Origin: Candidatus Sericytochromatia bacterium
GTDB taxonomy: Bacteria > Cyanobacteriota > Sericytochromatia > UBA7694
Length of the DNA: 64,000 nucleotides
Assembly (NCBI GenBank): GCA_018780035.1
Contig: JADMKE010000003.1
Span: 18,753 to 82,752, forward strand
Direction of reading: 5' to 3'
Shown: positions 36,315-48,161 of the stretch, piece by piece
How the letters are laid out: each line of letters begins with the position of its first letter
Position numbering within the stretch: the stretch's first letter is position 1
Notes under the pieces: generated by a model
Told to the model about the DNA's origin: nothing
Seen by the model: only the letters and a program-made list of their open reading frames with translations
Databases searched by the model: none
Made by a program: the position numbers and the translations under genes

Positions 36315-36369
36315 TTCTGGCCAAGCAGTGGTATACTGAACCAGAGGCTATTGGCAGAAAGGGAGAAGC

Positions 36370-37206
36370 ATGGATACCCGCGAAATGATTCAGACCATGA
36401 TTGGGTTTGGAGGCAAGTGGGAGAGCGAACACCGTTTTCGCGTCGATCCCCTGACCTATGGGTATCTCACCCCGATTGAAAAGGTAGAGATCGAATTTGG
36501 GGGCTTGGTACTCAGCTCCAGCCCTCTGACCAATACTGAATGGTGGCACCATTTGATGCCCGCCATGGGTTTGCCCCCGCATATCAAAGTCGATGAATCC
36601 GAAATTGAAGATGGCTTTGTTGAATTGAGCGCAGGCAAATTGAGTCTGCTCGATGATGCCGAATTTATCGAAAACCACTTTATCCGCTTATACACCTACC
36701 TCTCTCGTGCCATGTCGATGATCGAAAAGACCAATACGGTTTTGACCATGGGCATTGGTCTGGATTTAAGTGGTTCGGTCATGCGTTTGCAATCCCGTGT
36801 TGTCACCGACCAGGATTTGTTTATTCGCAATTGTGAGGCCTTCAAAAAGCTCTATTCTAAAATTACGGATATTCACGGCAAAGTTGATACCTCCATTCTG
36901 CCCCAGCCTTCCGACTTCAATGGGCAGGATATCGAAGACATTATCCGCGAATCGAAGTTTTATGCCCTGATGGAAGCGGTTCGCTTGGAGAGCATGGATA
37001 TTCTCTCGTACATCATGTCCAAAAAAGGCGGTCAGGTGGACGGGTTCGAATACCAATTGCCCAAAGAGCGCATGGTCTACCGCGTGCACCCCAACCGGAT
37101 CGAAGCCCACCGCGCCGGGAATTATATGGGTATGATTGGCTTTGACAAAGGCATCAAACAGATGCAGCAATTCTTTGCCACCACACTCGGCGGCGGTCGC
37201 TGGTAA
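36370..37206 (+). CDS. Hypothetical protein
   Basis: 278 aa ORF sitting in the gene gap. No motif recognised. Confidence 0.45.
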   Translation: MDTREMIQTMIGFGGKWESEHRFRVDPLTYGYLTPIEKVEIEFGGLVLSSSPLTNTEWWHHLMPAMGLPPHIKVDESEIEDGFVELSAGKLSLLDDAEFIENHFIRLYTYLSRAMSMIEKTNTVLTMGIGLDLSGSVMRLQSRVVTDQDLFIRNCEAFKKLYSKITDIHGKVDTSILPQPSDFNGQDIEDIIRESKFYALMEAVRLESMDILSYIMSKKGGQVDGFEYQLPKERMVYRVHPNRIEAHRAGNYMGMIGFDKGIKQMQQFFATTLGGGRW

Positions 37207-37227
37207 AACGCTAAATTAGAAACATCT

Positions 37228-37998
37228 ATGGAAACCCTTCAGACCGAACGCCCCGACGAATACAATCAGGCGCGCCTCGTTATTTCCCTCAACCGGGGCA
37301 AAGCCAACCCGATCAATATGCAAATGGTCACAGAGTTGCGCGCAGCCGTGAAAACGCTGCGTGAAGACGAGACCCTCCAAGGTGGCATTTTAACCGGCCA
37401 GCCCCGCTATTTTTCTGCCGGACTTGATGTGGTTGAACTCTACGGCTACGACGAAGCCACCATGCGCGAATTTTGGGTTCAGTTTTCGGCTTTGATTGTC
37501 GAGTTGGTCAGTTTGCCCAAGCCGCTTGTGGCTGCAATTTCTGGCCACAGTCCAGCAGGGGGCTGTGTTTTGGCTCTGTGCTGTGATCAGCGCCTGATGG
37601 CTGAAGGGCCCTACCGGATTGGTTTAAACGAAGTTCCTGTGGGCATTGTGGTCCCGCCCACCATTTATTATCTCTATGCCGCAGTGATCGGTGAAGGCAA
37701 AGCCTACCACCACCTGCTCAATGGCTCATTGATGCTGCCCGAAGAGGCCCTGGCCGAAGGGCTGGTGCATCAGGTCTTGCCTGCTGAGTCGCTGATGGAA
37801 GTGGCCCAGGGGAGACTGACCCATTATTTGGGCATGAATCCCACTGCCTGGGGTACCAGCAAAGGGCTGTTGCACAAACAGCTCTTGGGCCAATTGCAAG
37901 GCGATTTTGAAGACCTCTTTGGCCCTGTGCTCAAACATTGGTGGTCGCCTGAGTTTCGTGCTCAGCTCGCAGCCATGATTCAAAAATTAAAAAAATAA
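37228..37998 (+). CDS. Enoyl-CoA hydratase/isomerase (crotonase) family protein
   Basis: Crotonase fold pattern (NRGKANPINMQMVTEL...YFSAGLDVVELY...). Confidence 0.7.
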   Translation: METLQTERPDEYNQARLVISLNRGKANPINMQMVTELRAAVKTLREDETLQGGILTGQPRYFSAGLDVVELYGYDEATMREFWVQFSALIVELVSLPKPLVAAISGHSPAGGCVLALCCDQRLMAEGPYRIGLNEVPVGIVVPPTIYYLYAAVIGEGKAYHHLLNGSLMLPEEALAEGLVHQVLPAESLMEVAQGRLTHYLGMNPTAWGTSKGLLHKQLLGQLQGDFEDLFGPVLKHWWSPEFRAQLAAMIQKLKK

Positions 37999-38025
37999 CC
38001 CGCTTTTGCTCTTGAAGGAGTTCTT

Positions 38026-39891
38026 ATGGTGTTAATTCCCGGCAATATGCATGTCGAAAACGTGCCCGATCTCTATTACGAAACTGCCGACCGCGTGCGC
38101 CAGTATTTACAGGTTCGCTCAGCTTGGTTCTGCGACTGGCACCCCGATGGCCAACGCATGTTGATCGCCACGCGTTTTGCCGATACCATGCAATTGCATC
38201 TGCTCGAACGGCCCGGTGGGGCACGCAAACAATTGACCTTTCTGCGTGAACCTGTCTCCAGTGGGGCTTTTTGCAGTGCCCCCGGCGAAAATGGCTTTCT
38301 CTACAGCATGGACCAAGGCGGTGGCGAAAATTACCAGCTCTTTTATTTCGACAAAGACAATGGCCAGCGCAAATGTCTGACCGACGGCCTTTCCAAAAAT
38401 GGCTCGCCACTCTGGGCCCGTGGCACAACCGCTTTTGCCTATAGCAGCACGGCCCGCAATGGCCGTGACCACGATATTCACCTCAGTGATATTAAACGGC
38501 CCGAAGCCTCTCGGCTGATCTGCCAAGTCCAGGGCCTTTGGGCCCCTTTGAGCTGGTCGCCGGATTCCAGCCAATTGCTGCTGCTCGACTATATCTCTGC
38601 CACCGAATCGTATCTGTATATTCTCGACGTCGAAAGCGGCGATACAAAATTGCTCTTTGCAAAAACAGGACAAGCTGTGGCTTACGGCGATGCCTATTGG
38701 AGCCGTGACGGCAAAGGAATTTATTTTATTGCCGACCGCGATGGCGAGTTTCAACAGCTCTATTATGTTGATCTCGACACCCACAAAGTGGAGGCCCTGA
38801 GCCAACATATCCCTTGGAATATCACAGAGATTGAACTCTCTCCTGACGGCAATTTGCTGGCAGTGGTGGCCAATGAAGATGGGGTTAGCAAACTCTACCT
38901 GATGGACACCCAAAACAACCAAATGGAGCCGCTGGAAATGGGCATGGGCCTGATCTCCAGCCCGCGATTCAGTCCCGATGGGCAATTGTTGGCCTTTACC
39001 TTTAACCGGCCCCACAGTCCGGCGGATATCTATACCCTCACCCTCGAAAGTGGTGAAGTGATCCGCTGGACCGAGAGCGAAGTCGGGGGCTTAAACACCC
39101 GTCATTTTGCCATTCCCGAGCTGATCCGCTATCGATCTTTTGACGATCTCGAAATCCCAGCTTTTTATTACCGGCCCAAGCTCAATTCCGACCGCCCCCT
39201 GCCGGTTTTGATTCATATCCATGGTGGCCCTGAGAGCCAGTTTCAGCCCGGTTTTTCGTCGATGTTCCAGTATTGGATCAACGAATTGGATCTGGCTGTG
39301 ATCGCGCCCAATGTGCGCGGTTCAACCGGGTACGGCAAGACGTATATTAAACTCGACAATGGCTATCTGCGCGAAGACTCAGTCAAAGACATTGGCGCAT
39401 TGCTCGATTGGATCGAACAACAGCCCGAACTTGACCAAAAGCGCGTCTGCGTCTACGGTGGTTCGTATGGCGGCTATATGGTGTTGGCCTCATTGATTCA
39501 CTATTCACACCGCTTGCGGGCTGGGATCGACATCGTCGGTATCAGCAATTTTGTCACCTTTCTCAAAAACACCAAGGCCTACCGCCGCGACCTGCGCCGG
39601 GTCGAATATGGCGATGAGCGCGATCCTGAGATGTGCGCCTTTTTGGAGAAGATCTCCCCCACCACCAACGCCCACCAGATCAAGGTGCCGCTGATGGTGG
39701 CCCAGGGCTTGAACGACCCACGTGTTCCCGCTTCCGAGGCCGAGCAGATTGTCAAAACCGTGCGCGAAAATGGCAAAGAGGTCTGGTATATTCTGGCCAA
39801 AGACGAGGGCCACGGCTTTCAGAAACAGGTCAATTTGGAATATTATTACACCGCTGTATCCGAGTTTTTAGAGACCCATCTCTTGGATTGA
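38026..39891 (+). CDS. S9 family serine peptidase (prolyl oligopeptidase / acylaminoacyl-peptidase-like) with N-terminal beta-propeller
   Basis: Nucleophile elbow GGSYGGYM. Asp (AQGLNDPRV) and His (DEGHGF) of the catalytic triad. WD-like propeller repeats at the N-terminus. Confidence 0.8.
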   Translation: MVLIPGNMHVENVPDLYYETADRVRQYLQVRSAWFCDWHPDGQRMLIATRFADTMQLHLLERPGGARKQLTFLREPVSSGAFCSAPGENGFLYSMDQGGGENYQLFYFDKDNGQRKCLTDGLSKNGSPLWARGTTAFAYSSTARNGRDHDIHLSDIKRPEASRLICQVQGLWAPLSWSPDSSQLLLLDYISATESYLYILDVESGDTKLLFAKTGQAVAYGDAYWSRDGKGIYFIADRDGEFQQLYYVDLDTHKVEALSQHIPWNITEIELSPDGNLLAVVANEDGVSKLYLMDTQNNQMEPLEMGMGLISSPRFSPDGQLLAFTFNRPHSPADIYTLTLESGEVIRWTESEVGGLNTRHFAIPELIRYRSFDDLEIPAFYYRPKLNSDRPLPVLIHIHGGPESQFQPGFSSMFQYWINELDLAVIAPNVRGSTGYGKTYIKLDNGYLREDSVKDIGALLDWIEQQPELDQKRVCVYGGSYGGYMVLASLIHYSHRLRAGIDIVGISNFVTFLKNTKAYRRDLRRVEYGDERDPEMCAFLEKISPTTNAHQIKVPLMVAQGLNDPRVPASEAEQIVKTVRENGKEVWYILAKDEGHGFQKQVNLEYYYTAVSEFLETHLLD

Positions 39892-40007
39892 GTCGAAACT
39901 TAAAATTAGCATAAAATTCCGAGTTAAACTGAAAAGAGCGCTTGAATAGCGGCATTTCTGAGAGTATGCTTTTTTGAGTTCTGATTGAGCCAAAGGAAAT
40001 TGCCTAC

Positions 40008-43000
40008 ATGACAGAGAGCCCCAAACACAGTGCGCCGCGTCAGGTGTTTCCTGCGTCGGACCCCATTTTGTTTGAGGGGTCCCATTCGCTGATCTACCTC
40101 TCACACGCAGCTGAAACTGGCAAACCTGTCATTATTAAGGTCTTAAAAAAAGAACAGCCCTCGCTGCAAGAAATTGCCCAATTTAACAACGAATTTGAAT
40201 TTACCCACGATCTCGCGATTGTGGGCATTCGCAGCGCCCGCCAAAAAACCCATTACATGCACCAATCGGCTCTGGTACTGGACTATATCGAAGGCAAAAC
40301 CCTCAAGCAGCATTTGGCAGAAATGCCCATGTCTTTACAAACGGGGCTTCATTTGGCCATCCAATTGGCGCAACTCTTGGGCGAAATTCATCAATTGGGG
40401 ATCATCCACAAAGACCTCAATCCGGCCAATATTCTGATTGAAGCGGGTACACAACAGCCCTGGTTGATTGATTTTGGCCTGTCTTGCAAATGGGACATGA
40501 AAGTCCCCCATCTCAACCCACCCCATACCCTGGAAGGCACGCTGGCTTACCTCTCTCCCGAACAAAGTGGCCGCATGAACCGGTGGGTGGATTACCGCAG
40601 CGATCTCTATTCTTTGGGAATCAGTCTGTATGAGCTTTTCACGGGGCAATTGCCTTTTGTCGCTGAAGACAGTTTGGGCTGGGTACACGCCCATATTGCC
40701 AGGCCTCCCAAGCCCCCCCATGAAGTCAATCCCAAGATGCCTGTCAGCCTTTCTGAGCTCATTTTAAAACTGATCTCTAAAAATGCCGAAGACCGTTACA
40801 AATCGGCCTTTGGCTTAAAAAAAGACCTCGAAAAATTGGCCCAGGGGCAGACCCAATTTGAATTGGCCCAAGACGATCATTCTGCCCGGTTGCAAATTCC
40901 GCAAAAGCTCTATGGCCGTGAACAAGAAATGGCCATTCTTTCAGGGGCTTTTGAGCGCATTTGCCAAGGAAAATGTGAATTGATGTTGATCGCAGGTTAT
41001 TCGGGGGTGGGCAAAACAGCCTTGGTTTACCAATTGCACAAACCCATTACCGAAAAACAAGGCTATTTTATTTCGGGCAAATTTGATCAGTTTCAACGCA
41101 ATATTCCCTATTCTGTGTTTACCCAGGCCTTTAACCAACTCTGTGAATATCTGCTGACCGAAAGTGAAGACAAGCTGGCCGATTGGCGACAGCGCATTCT
41201 CACTGCGGTGGGTCAAAATGGTCAGGTCCTGTTGGACATCATCCCCAAGTTGGTTTGGATCATCGGTGAACAGCCCGAAATTCCCAGTTTGGCACCGCTT
41301 GAAGCCCAAAACCGCTTTAACCTCTATTTTGGCTATTTTATTGATGCGCTTTGCAGCCCAGATCACCCCTTGGTGATCTTTATTGATGACTTACAATGGG
41401 CCGATTTGGCCTCGTTGGAATTGTTAAAATTGCTCTTTTCGGAATCCCATTCCCATCTGCTTTTGGTGGGGGCCTACCGCAATAACGAGGTCTCACCCCG
41501 TCATCCCATGATGTTGACCCTGGCTGAAATTCAAAAATTGGGAAACCCCATCAATCAGGTTCAGCTCGAAAACCTCAGCAAAGCCGATCTGGCCGTTTTA
41601 TTGCAAGAAACGCTTCACCATTCCCCAGAACTGCCTGCCTTATTGGATCTGATCTATGAAAAAACCCTGGGCAATGCCTTTTTTGTCAGCCAGTTTCTGA
41701 CGTCGCTCAACGAATCAGATTGGCTGACCTTTCATTTTCAGACCAGGAAATGGCAATGGGATATTGAGGTGATTAAAAGAAAAGAGATCACAGACAATGT
41801 GATTACTTTTATGTCGAATAAAATTCAAAAACTGCCCCAAAACACCCAAGAAATCTTAAAACTGGCTGCATGTATTGGCAATCAATTTGACTTGGCCCTG
41901 CTGAGTCGTCTGGCAGAAGGGCCTGTCCAAGAAACCGCCAGAGCTGTCCAAGCCTGTTTGGTTGAAGGGCTGATCAGTCCTTTGCAGGATATTTACCAAC
42001 TCCGGGTAAAGGTGATGGAGGACCCTCGCAGCCAGAATACCGCGCCTCAGATGGCCGAGTATTATAAATTTATCCATGACCGGGTTCAACAGGCGGCTTA
42101 TGCCCTGCTGTCTGAGTCCGAGCGCGAAATTCTGCATTTGCGCGTGGGTAAACTGCTTTTGGCAGAGGTGCAAACGCAGACCAGAGACCCCGAAAGCCAT
42201 CTCTTTGACCTGGTTGAACATCTCCATTTGGCTTTAAATTTGGTGCAAACGCCTGCCGAGCGCCTGCAAATTGCCCAACTCAGTTTGCAGGCGGGCAAAC
42301 GGGCCAAATTATCCGCAGCGTATGAATCGGCGTTTAAATACCTTAAAACCGGTCTGAGCTGTTTGCCCGAGCAGGCTTGGGCCAGTGATTATGATTTGAC
42401 CTTTGAGATCTATTTAAATGCCATTGAAACAGCGCTGCTGAGCGGCAATTTTGAGCAAATGACTGCGTGGTCTGATCTCGTTTTGGCCTCCACCGATCGG
42501 CTGCTCGACCGCACCCGCGTTTACGAATTGCAAATCACCTTTCACCATGCCCAATACCGCTTGGAAGAATCGGTCAAAACGGGTTTATTTGTCTTGGGAA
42601 CATTGGGCATTGCCATTCCCGAAGATCCCTGTCCTGCAGATTTGCAAAAGGCCTTGGCGGAAACCCATTCTAAGTTGGCGGGCCGCAGCCCCGCAGATTT
42701 ACAAGCGCTTCCCCTGATGGAAGATGCCGCGATGAAAGCCGCGATCCGGATTATGTACAATATCAACCTCTCGGCTTTTTTCTTTCGCCCTTTGCTCTAT
42801 CCTCTATTGGTTGCCAAAGAAGTGGGCCTGATTGCCCAATTTGGCAATGTGCCAGAATCGGCTTTTGTCTATGCCACCTTTGCGATGATTCTCTCAGGGG
42901 TGTTGGGGGAGATTGATTTGGGCTATCAATTTGGCCAAGTCAGCAAAAATCTGCTGGCCTTGCCCCGCTCAAAACAGGTTGAAACGCGCACCCTTTTGGT

Positions 43001-45986
43001 TTTGGGCAATGGGGTTTTGCACTGGAAAGAATCGATCCACGCTTATTTGGACATTTATCCCGAGGCCTATAAAAAGGGGCTGGAGACCGGCGACCATGAA
43101 TGGGCCGCTCAATCGGCGCAGGCCATTTGTTTTATGGCTTTTTACGCTGGGGTTGAATTGCGTTCGATCTCCCAGAATATGGCCCATTATATGGAGGTGA
43201 TCGCCAAGCTCAAATCAGCCATCACCCTGCAATACCAATCGATTTATTATCAATCGGCTTTAAATCTGTTCACCCCGACAGAGAACCCAGGTTTGCTCAA
43301 AGGCCAGATTTACGACGAAACAGAGATGCTGCCCGTACATGAAGCAGCGAAAGACTATACCGGCATCTGTGTGATGTATTTTAGCAAATTGGTCCTGGCT
43401 TACCTTTTTGAGGACTATCAAGCGGCTTATGCCAATACCCTCAAAGCCGCAGAGACCTTGGATTCGATTGTCTGTGTGGTGCATATTGTCCTTTATCACC
43501 ACTATGATTCTCTCTGTCGCTTGGCCCTCTATCCCAACTGGTCCGAGCAGGAACAGGCTTTACAATGGGCCAAAATAGAAGCCAATCAAGCCAAAATGAA
43601 GCTGTGGTCCGAACATGCCCCCGGCAATCACCGCCAGAAATACCAATTGGTCGAAGCTGAAATGGCCCGCATCTTGGGGCAAACAGAGCGGGCCATGGCC
43701 GCTTACGAACAGGCCATTGCAAGCGCACAAGCGAATAAATACCTCAATGATGAGGCCCAGAGCAATGAGTTGTACGGCAAGTTTTGGCTCAACCGGGGTC
43801 AGCCCAAAATTGCAGGATTATACCTGCAAGAAGCGCTCAGGCTTTACCGCTACTGGGGAGCCACAGAAAAGGCCAAACAGCTCGAAAAAAAATATCCAGC
43901 CTTGCTTCATGGCTATCCTCAGATTCCCTCGGCAGCCCTCACCACCCAGACCACCTCTCAAAACGAATCTCAATTTGAATTGGATTATTTTACGATCTTA
44001 AAATCGACCCGCGCCATTTCACAAGAGATCGATCTCAAGCTGCTCTTAAAACAGCTTTTGGAAATACTGTTAGAAAATACCGGGGCCGAAAAAGGGGGAC
44101 TTTTATTGCCTTTGGGGCAAGCTTGGTTTCTCGAAGCTTACCGCGAGTTTCAAGGCAAGTCAGAGATTCTCCAACACACGCCTTTGGAACAAGCGACCGG
44201 CATCCCCCATGTGATCATTCAATATGTCTTGCGCTCGGGGGAAAATCTGGTGATCGAAGATGCCCAAAATGATGAGCGCTTTCGCCTGGATGAACAAATC
44301 AACGCCAGCGGCATCAAATCCATCCTCTGTCTGCCTGTCTCGCACCAGGGCAAAACGGCCCTGGTGCTGTATCTCGAAAACCGACTCTTGGCAGGGGCCT
44401 TTACCCCCAGTCGCCTGGAATTGTTAAACATCCTGCTCAATCAAGCGGTGATCTCTTTGGAAAATGCCCGTCTCTACCATTCGCTCGAAGAAGAGGTCAA
44501 AGTGCGCACCCGCGAATTGCAAGAGGCCAAAGAAGCGGCGGAATGGGCCAAAGAAGCAGCAGAACAAGCCAATCAGGCCAAGAGTCTCTTCTTTGCCAAT
44601 TTAAACCATGAGATCCGCACGCCTTTAAACGCCATTATTGGCTTTTCCAGATTGGTGAGCAGAGAGCCAGAATTGACCCCCGAGCAGAGCAATAAACTGC
44701 ATATTGTTGTCCGCAGTGGCGAACATTTGCTGGACCTGATCAACGACACTTTGGAAATGTCCAGGATCGAAACGGGCAAATTGCAATTGCAAAATTCGGT
44801 GTTTGAACTCAGTGGGTTTCTGGCTGAAATTGAGTATATTTTACGCTTGAAGGCTGCCGTTAAAGGGCTGGAGCTGAATTTTCAGATAGACAAAGAGGTG
44901 CCCCGCTCGATCGAGGCAGATCAAGGCAAATTGCGACAGGTCTTGATCAATTTTATCAGCAACGCCCTTAAATACACCTTAGAGGGACGGGTCGACTTGC
45001 GGGTCAGTTGCAAAGCCCAAGGGGCTGACAGCAGTTTGGAGGGAGCAGTACTCGATTTTAAGATTGAAGATACCGGCATCGGCATTTCAGAGCGGGATTT
45101 GGCCACTATTTTTCAACCTTTTGTCCAATTGGAAACAGGCTCTCTTTCTCAAGGGGGCGTAGGCCTGGGGCTGGCTATCAGTCAGCGTTTTATTGAATTG
45201 ATGGGGGGGGCCTTGACGGTGGAAAGCCAACAGGGGAAAGGTTCGCGTTTCCAATTTTCTCTGCCTGTTGGGAATGTCCGTACACCAGTGGCCGTGACGG
45301 CACAGCCGGCTGCTCTTGTGATAGGTCTGGCCCCCGGACAGGCCCGTTACAAAATCTGTATTGTTGACAATGATCCTTCTAATCTCAGCCTGATTGCCCA
45401 TTATTTAAAACCACTCGATCTGGAGTTGCATTTGGCGGAAAACGGCCAAGCAGCGCTCGACATTTGGCGACGTTGGCAACCCGATTTGATCTTTATGGAT
45501 ATCCAAATGCCAGGTTTAAATGGCTATCAAGTCACTGAGCAGATCCGGGCCGCTGAGACCGAAAAAAGGACGGTGATTATCGCCGTTACGGCCTCTGCCT
45601 TTGCTGAAGAACGGGCGATTGCCCTGCAAAAAGGCTGCGATGACTTTGTGCTCAAACCCCTGCTGGAAGAAGAAATTTTTGCAACTTTGCAAACACACCT
45701 GAAACTCGAATACCTGTATCAAGCGCTCCCGAGGGGGGAACAGCCGCCCGTATTTCAGATTCAGACACCCGATAAATTGCAGGCAGAGATTATGCAATTG
45801 CCTTTAGAATTGCATTCTCAATTGGCGCTTGCCACAGAATTTGGCTCGATTGAAAAAATCGAGTGGGTGATTCAGAAAATAAAGGCCCGCAGTCCCGTCT
45901 TGGGCAATCATCTCGAAGCTCTTTCCGAGCAATTTGACTATGACGGTATCTTATCTCTGCTTGAGGCCGCTGAAAAAAAACGTTAG
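40008..45986 (+). CDS. Multi-sensor signal-transduction multi-kinase: Ser/Thr kinase, STAND/AAA ATPase, TPR, GAF, histidine kinase, receiver
   Basis: 1992 aa. Ser/Thr kinase ([25 protein letters not shown]). P-loop [13 protein letters not shown]. Long helical repeat region. GAF. HisKA H-box ([16 protein letters not shown]). HATPase ([19 protein letters not shown]). Receiver (KICIVDND...[15 protein letters not shown]). Confidence 0.85.
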   Translation: MTESPKHSAPRQVFPASDPILFEGSHSLIYLSHAAETGKPVIIKVLKKEQPSLQEIAQFNNEFEFTHDLAIVGIRSARQKTHYMHQSALVLDYIEGKTLKQHLAEMPMSLQTGLHLAIQLAQLLGEIHQLGIIHKDLNPANILIEAGTQQPWLIDFGLSCKWDMKVPHLNPPHTLEGTLAYLSPEQSGRMNRWVDYRSDLYSLGISLYELFTGQLPFVAEDSLGWVHAHIARPPKPPHEVNPKMPVSLSELILKLISKNAEDRYKSAFGLKKDLEKLAQGQTQFELAQDDHSARLQIPQKLYGREQEMAILSGAFERICQGKCELMLIAGYSGVGKTALVYQLHKPITEKQGYFISGKFDQFQRNIPYSVFTQAFNQLCEYLLTESEDKLADWRQRILTAVGQNGQVLLDIIPKLVWIIGEQPEIPSLAPLEAQNRFNLYFGYFIDALCSPDHPLVIFIDDLQWADLASLELLKLLFSESHSHLLLVGAYRNNEVSPRHPMMLTLAEIQKLGNPINQVQLENLSKADLAVLLQETLHHSPELPALLDLIYEKTLGNAFFVSQFLTSLNESDWLTFHFQTRKWQWDIEVIKRKEITDNVITFMSNKIQKLPQNTQEILKLAACIGNQFDLALLSRLAEGPVQETARAVQACLVEGLISPLQDIYQLRVKVMEDPRSQNTAPQMAEYYKFIHDRVQQAAYALLSESEREILHLRVGKLLLAEVQTQTRDPESHLFDLVEHLHLALNLVQTPAERLQIAQLSLQAGKRAKLSAAYESAFKYLKTGLSCLPEQAWASDYDLTFEIYLNAIETALLSGNFEQMTAWSDLVLASTDRLLDRTRVYELQITFHHAQYRLEESVKTGLFVLGTLGIAIPEDPCPADLQKALAETHSKLAGRSPADLQALPLMEDAAMKAAIRIMYNINLSAFFFRPLLYPLLVAKEVGLIAQFGNVPESAFVYATFAMILSGVLGEIDLGYQFGQVSKNLLALPRSKQVETRTLLVLGNGVLHWKESIHAYLDIYPEAYKKGLETGDHEWAAQSAQAICFMAFYAGVELRSISQNMAHYMEVIAKLKSAITLQYQSIYYQSALNLFTPTENPGLLKGQIYDETEMLPVHEAAKDYTGICVMYFSKLVLAYLFEDYQAAYANTLKAAETLDSIVCVVHIVLYHHYDSLCRLALYPNWSEQEQALQWAKIEANQAKMKLWSEHAPGNHRQKYQLVEAEMARILGQTERAMAAYEQAIASAQANKYLNDEAQSNELYGKFWLNRGQPKIAGLYLQEALRLYRYWGATEKAKQLEKKYPALLHGYPQIPSAALTTQTTSQNESQFELDYFTILKSTRAISQEIDLKLLLKQLLEILLENTGAEKGGLLLPLGQAWFLEAYREFQGKSEILQHTPLEQATGIPHVIIQYVLRSGENLVIEDAQNDERFRLDEQINASGIKSILCLPVSHQGKTALVLYLENRLLAGAFTPSRLELLNILLNQAVISLENARLYHSLEEEVKVRTRELQEAKEAAEWAKEAAEQANQAKSLFFANLNHEIRTPLNAIIGFSRLVSREPELTPEQSNKLHIVVRSGEHLLDLINDTLEMSRIETGKLQLQNSVFELSGFLAEIEYILRLKAAVKGLELNFQIDKEVPRSIEADQGKLRQVLINFISNALKYTLEGRVDLRVSCKAQGADSSLEGAVLDFKIEDTGIGISERDLATIFQPFVQLETGSLSQGGVGLGLAISQRFIELMGGALTVESQQGKGSRFQFSLPVGNVRTPVAVTAQPAALVIGLAPGQARYKICIVDNDPSNLSLIAHYLKPLDLELHLAENGQAALDIWRRWQPDLIFMDIQMPGLNGYQVTEQIRAAETEKRTVIIAVTASAFAEERAIALQKGCDDFVLKPLLEEEIFATLQTHLKLEYLYQALPRGEQPPVFQIQTPDKLQAEIMQLPLELHSQLALATEFGSIEKIEWVIQKIKARSPVLGNHLEALSEQFDYDGILSLLEAAEKKR

Positions 45987-46646
45987 CTACAGCGGCACAA
46001 ACGCAATTTGATCAATCCATTGGCCGGTGCCTGCGGTATCAAAAACGTAAAAGGACTGGGTCTGCCGCTGGCTGGCAGGCAAAACACTCAGGGCATGGCT
46101 TTTGTTTTTGGTGCGGCCCGAGTTTAAGCTGCGGTTGAGATCGAGGCCAAAGTGTTCGCGGCGATAGGCAGGGCGTTTGTGAGACAGTTCCTGGTAAATT
46201 TCGCTCAGCAAGACCGGCTCACCCTCTGCGCTACAGAGCAATTGGACTTGTTCAAAGAGCTGGTTTAAAAAGGCCGTGGGGTCACTTTTCCAGGCGGCAG
46301 CTTGGGCCAGATCTGCTGCGATTTGCATCTGCAAGCCATCCAGGGTCAGTGGATCCAACGCCGTATGTGAACGGGCGTTTACGATCCGGCAAAACCCTTT
46401 GTTTTTCAGGCTCAGCGTGACCTCCACTTGGTTTTGCACAAAGAAGCGGGGATATTCACCACTGAGTTTCCACTTTTTTAATTCACAGGCCTTGCGCAAA
46501 AGAAACAGTTCGGGATTTTGGCCCTGTTCCATTTCCAGGTCCAGGCCGTCAAAGCCCAGGAGATTGTGAATCAGGTCTTGCGACTGGGCATAGGGTATCT
46601 CCTGATCTTCAGGATGATCAACGGCTTGAAAAATTAAATGGTGCAT
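45987..46646 (-). CDS. Hypothetical protein
   Basis: 219 aa ORF that exactly fills the gap between the convergent multi-kinase and ccdA. Last gene of the minus-strand operon. Confidence 0.4.
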   Translation of the reverse strand: MHHLIFQAVDHPEDQEIPYAQSQDLIHNLLGFDGLDLEMEQGQNPELFLLRKACELKKWKLSGEYPRFFVQNQVEVTLSLKNKGFCRIVNARSHTALDPLTLDGLQMQIAADLAQAAAWKSDPTAFLNQLFEQVQLLCSAEGEPVLLSEIYQELSHKRPAYRREHFGLDLNRSLNSGRTKNKSHALSVLPASQRQTQSFYVFDTAGTGQWIDQIAFVPL

Positions 46647-46658
46647 ATGGTCTCCCCC

Positions 46659-47462
46659 TCAGGAAATTGGCAGGCTGGGCGCCTGTAGGAAATTGGAAAG
46701 TGTCTGTAAAAAATTGGTAAAGATCAAAATCCCGACCAAAATCAAAAATGCCCCACTGGCCACCGAAATGGCCTGCATATGTTTTTGCAATTTGCGAAAA
46801 TAGACAAAGATCTTGTCCATTAACAGGGCTGTGATAAAAAAGGGAATGGCCAATCCCAGCGAAAAGACAGCCAAGAGGCGTATACCTTCGACCACCGAGG
46901 TTTTGGTGCTGGCAATGGCCAGGATTGTGCCCAATTGCGGGCCAATACAGGGTGTCCAACCCAAGGCAAAACTCAAGCCGATCAAAAAAGCCCCCAGATA
47001 ACCCGGCGGGCGGGCCTTGAGATGAACCCGTTTTTCGTAGAGCAGGGCATTGATCTGAATCAGGCCCATCATATGCAGGCCCATCACAATCACCACCCCC
47101 CCCCCGATTTTGCGCAGCAGATCTTGGTGGGCCTTGAGCATGGCGCCCAGCCCTGTGGCTGTTGCACCCAGGGCGATAAACACCAACGAAAAACCGAGAA
47201 TAAAACAGAGGGAACTGAGAATGATCTGGCGCTGGGTTTTTTGCTTTTCTTGGGCTTTTTCGTCAGCCTTGCTGTCTGAACGGGCATCTGCTTGGGCATC
47301 CGACCCTGCTTCTGACTCATTTGCTTTTAAAGCAGCGGCTGAAGTGCCTGAGATAAAAAACATATACGAGGGAATGATCGGCAAGATGCACGGTGAGGCA
47401 AACGAAAAAACGCCGGCCCCAAAAGCAGTCCAGAGATCAATCGAACGGACAAATGGATCCAT
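46659..47462 (-). CDS. ccdA: Cytochrome c biogenesis / thiol-disulfide transporter CcdA (DsbD transmembrane-domain family)
   Basis: Cys pair in TM1 (FASPCILPIIP) and multiple TM helices. Acidic/basic insertion loop. Confidence 0.65.
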   Translation of the reverse strand: MDPFVRSIDLWTAFGAGVFSFASPCILPIIPSYMFFISGTSAAALKANESEAGSDAQADARSDSKADEKAQEKQKTQRQIILSSLCFILGFSLVFIALGATATGLGAMLKAHQDLLRKIGGGVVIVMGLHMMGLIQINALLYEKRVHLKARPPGYLGAFLIGLSFALGWTPCIGPQLGTILAIASTKTSVVEGIRLLAVFSLGLAIPFFITALLMDKIFVYFRKLQKHMQAISVASGAFLILVGILIFTNFLQTLSNFLQAPSLPIS

Positions 47463-47465
47463 TCT

Positions 47466-48158
47466 TTACCAGGCAATCGGCGGATTGGGCGTGGGCAGGG
47501 GGGGCAACGGCGGTGGCGTGGGACCCGGAGGCAGGGGCTCAGGATAGCGCCGCCGCTTGATATCGTCAATCAGGGCCTTAAACACGTCTTTTTTGTAAAC
47601 CGAGACTTCCATGCCGCCTTTGTGAAACCCGACCTTATAGCCATAGAGATCTCCCAAATAATAGGCGTAACCGTCGTAACCTTTGGGAATCAGAGATTTT
47701 TCTGAACCTTCATAGGTTGCCATTTCCATTTTGTATTTATTGAGATGCTTTTTATCTTTGGCGTCTTTAAAGTCTTTCACAATTTGTGAACCCGAATTGC
47801 TTTCGGAATAGACCAACTCAACCAATTTTAAGGCACGGGCAAAAGTGGCATCTTTGGGGGTGGCTGGAGTGACATAGAGAACCACTTCATCGACAATCGG
47901 GGGTGCGCTCTCGACATACATCCAGATCATCAATTTGCGGCCATTGTCCAGGCGGTATTGGGCATGGTAATTGCCCACACCCAATTTGTCAAAAGAGGGA
48001 AGATCGCTGACCCTGCGGTGTTTAAATTCATTGCCCACAGGTGTGGGCTTGCGACTGAGCAGGGTATTTTTGGCGCTGGTAATTTCCATTCCGGGCAGGG
48101 CCCAGGCCGGGGCTGACAGGCACAGCAATGCGGCAGACAGTAATAGGGGATGTTTCAT
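47466..48158 (-). CDS. Secreted hypothetical protein with Pro-rich C-terminus
   Basis: Signal peptide MKHPLLLSAALLCLSAPAWA. C-terminal PEPLPPGPTPPPLPPLPTPNPP. Confidence 0.55.
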   Translation of the reverse strand: MKHPLLLSAALLCLSAPAWALPGMEITSAKNTLLSRKPTPVGNEFKHRRVSDLPSFDKLGVGNYHAQYRLDNGRKLMIWMYVESAPPIVDEVVLYVTPATPKDATFARALKLVELVYSESNSGSQIVKDFKDAKDKKHLNKYKMEMATYEGSEKSLIPKGYDGYAYYLGDLYGYKVGFHKGGMEVSVYKKDVFKALIDDIKRRRYPEPLPPGPTPPPLPPLPTPNPPIAW

Positions 48159-48161
48159 CGT

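Noticed and set aside
38119-39015. 298 aa minus-strand ORF antisense to the S9 peptidase
   Set aside because: A shadow frame. The sense strand has a propeller and catalytic triad.
39892-40007. Possible terminator hairpins after the S9 peptidase gene (gcat...atgc followed by T6)
   Set aside because: Stems are only 4 bp. This is too weak to call.
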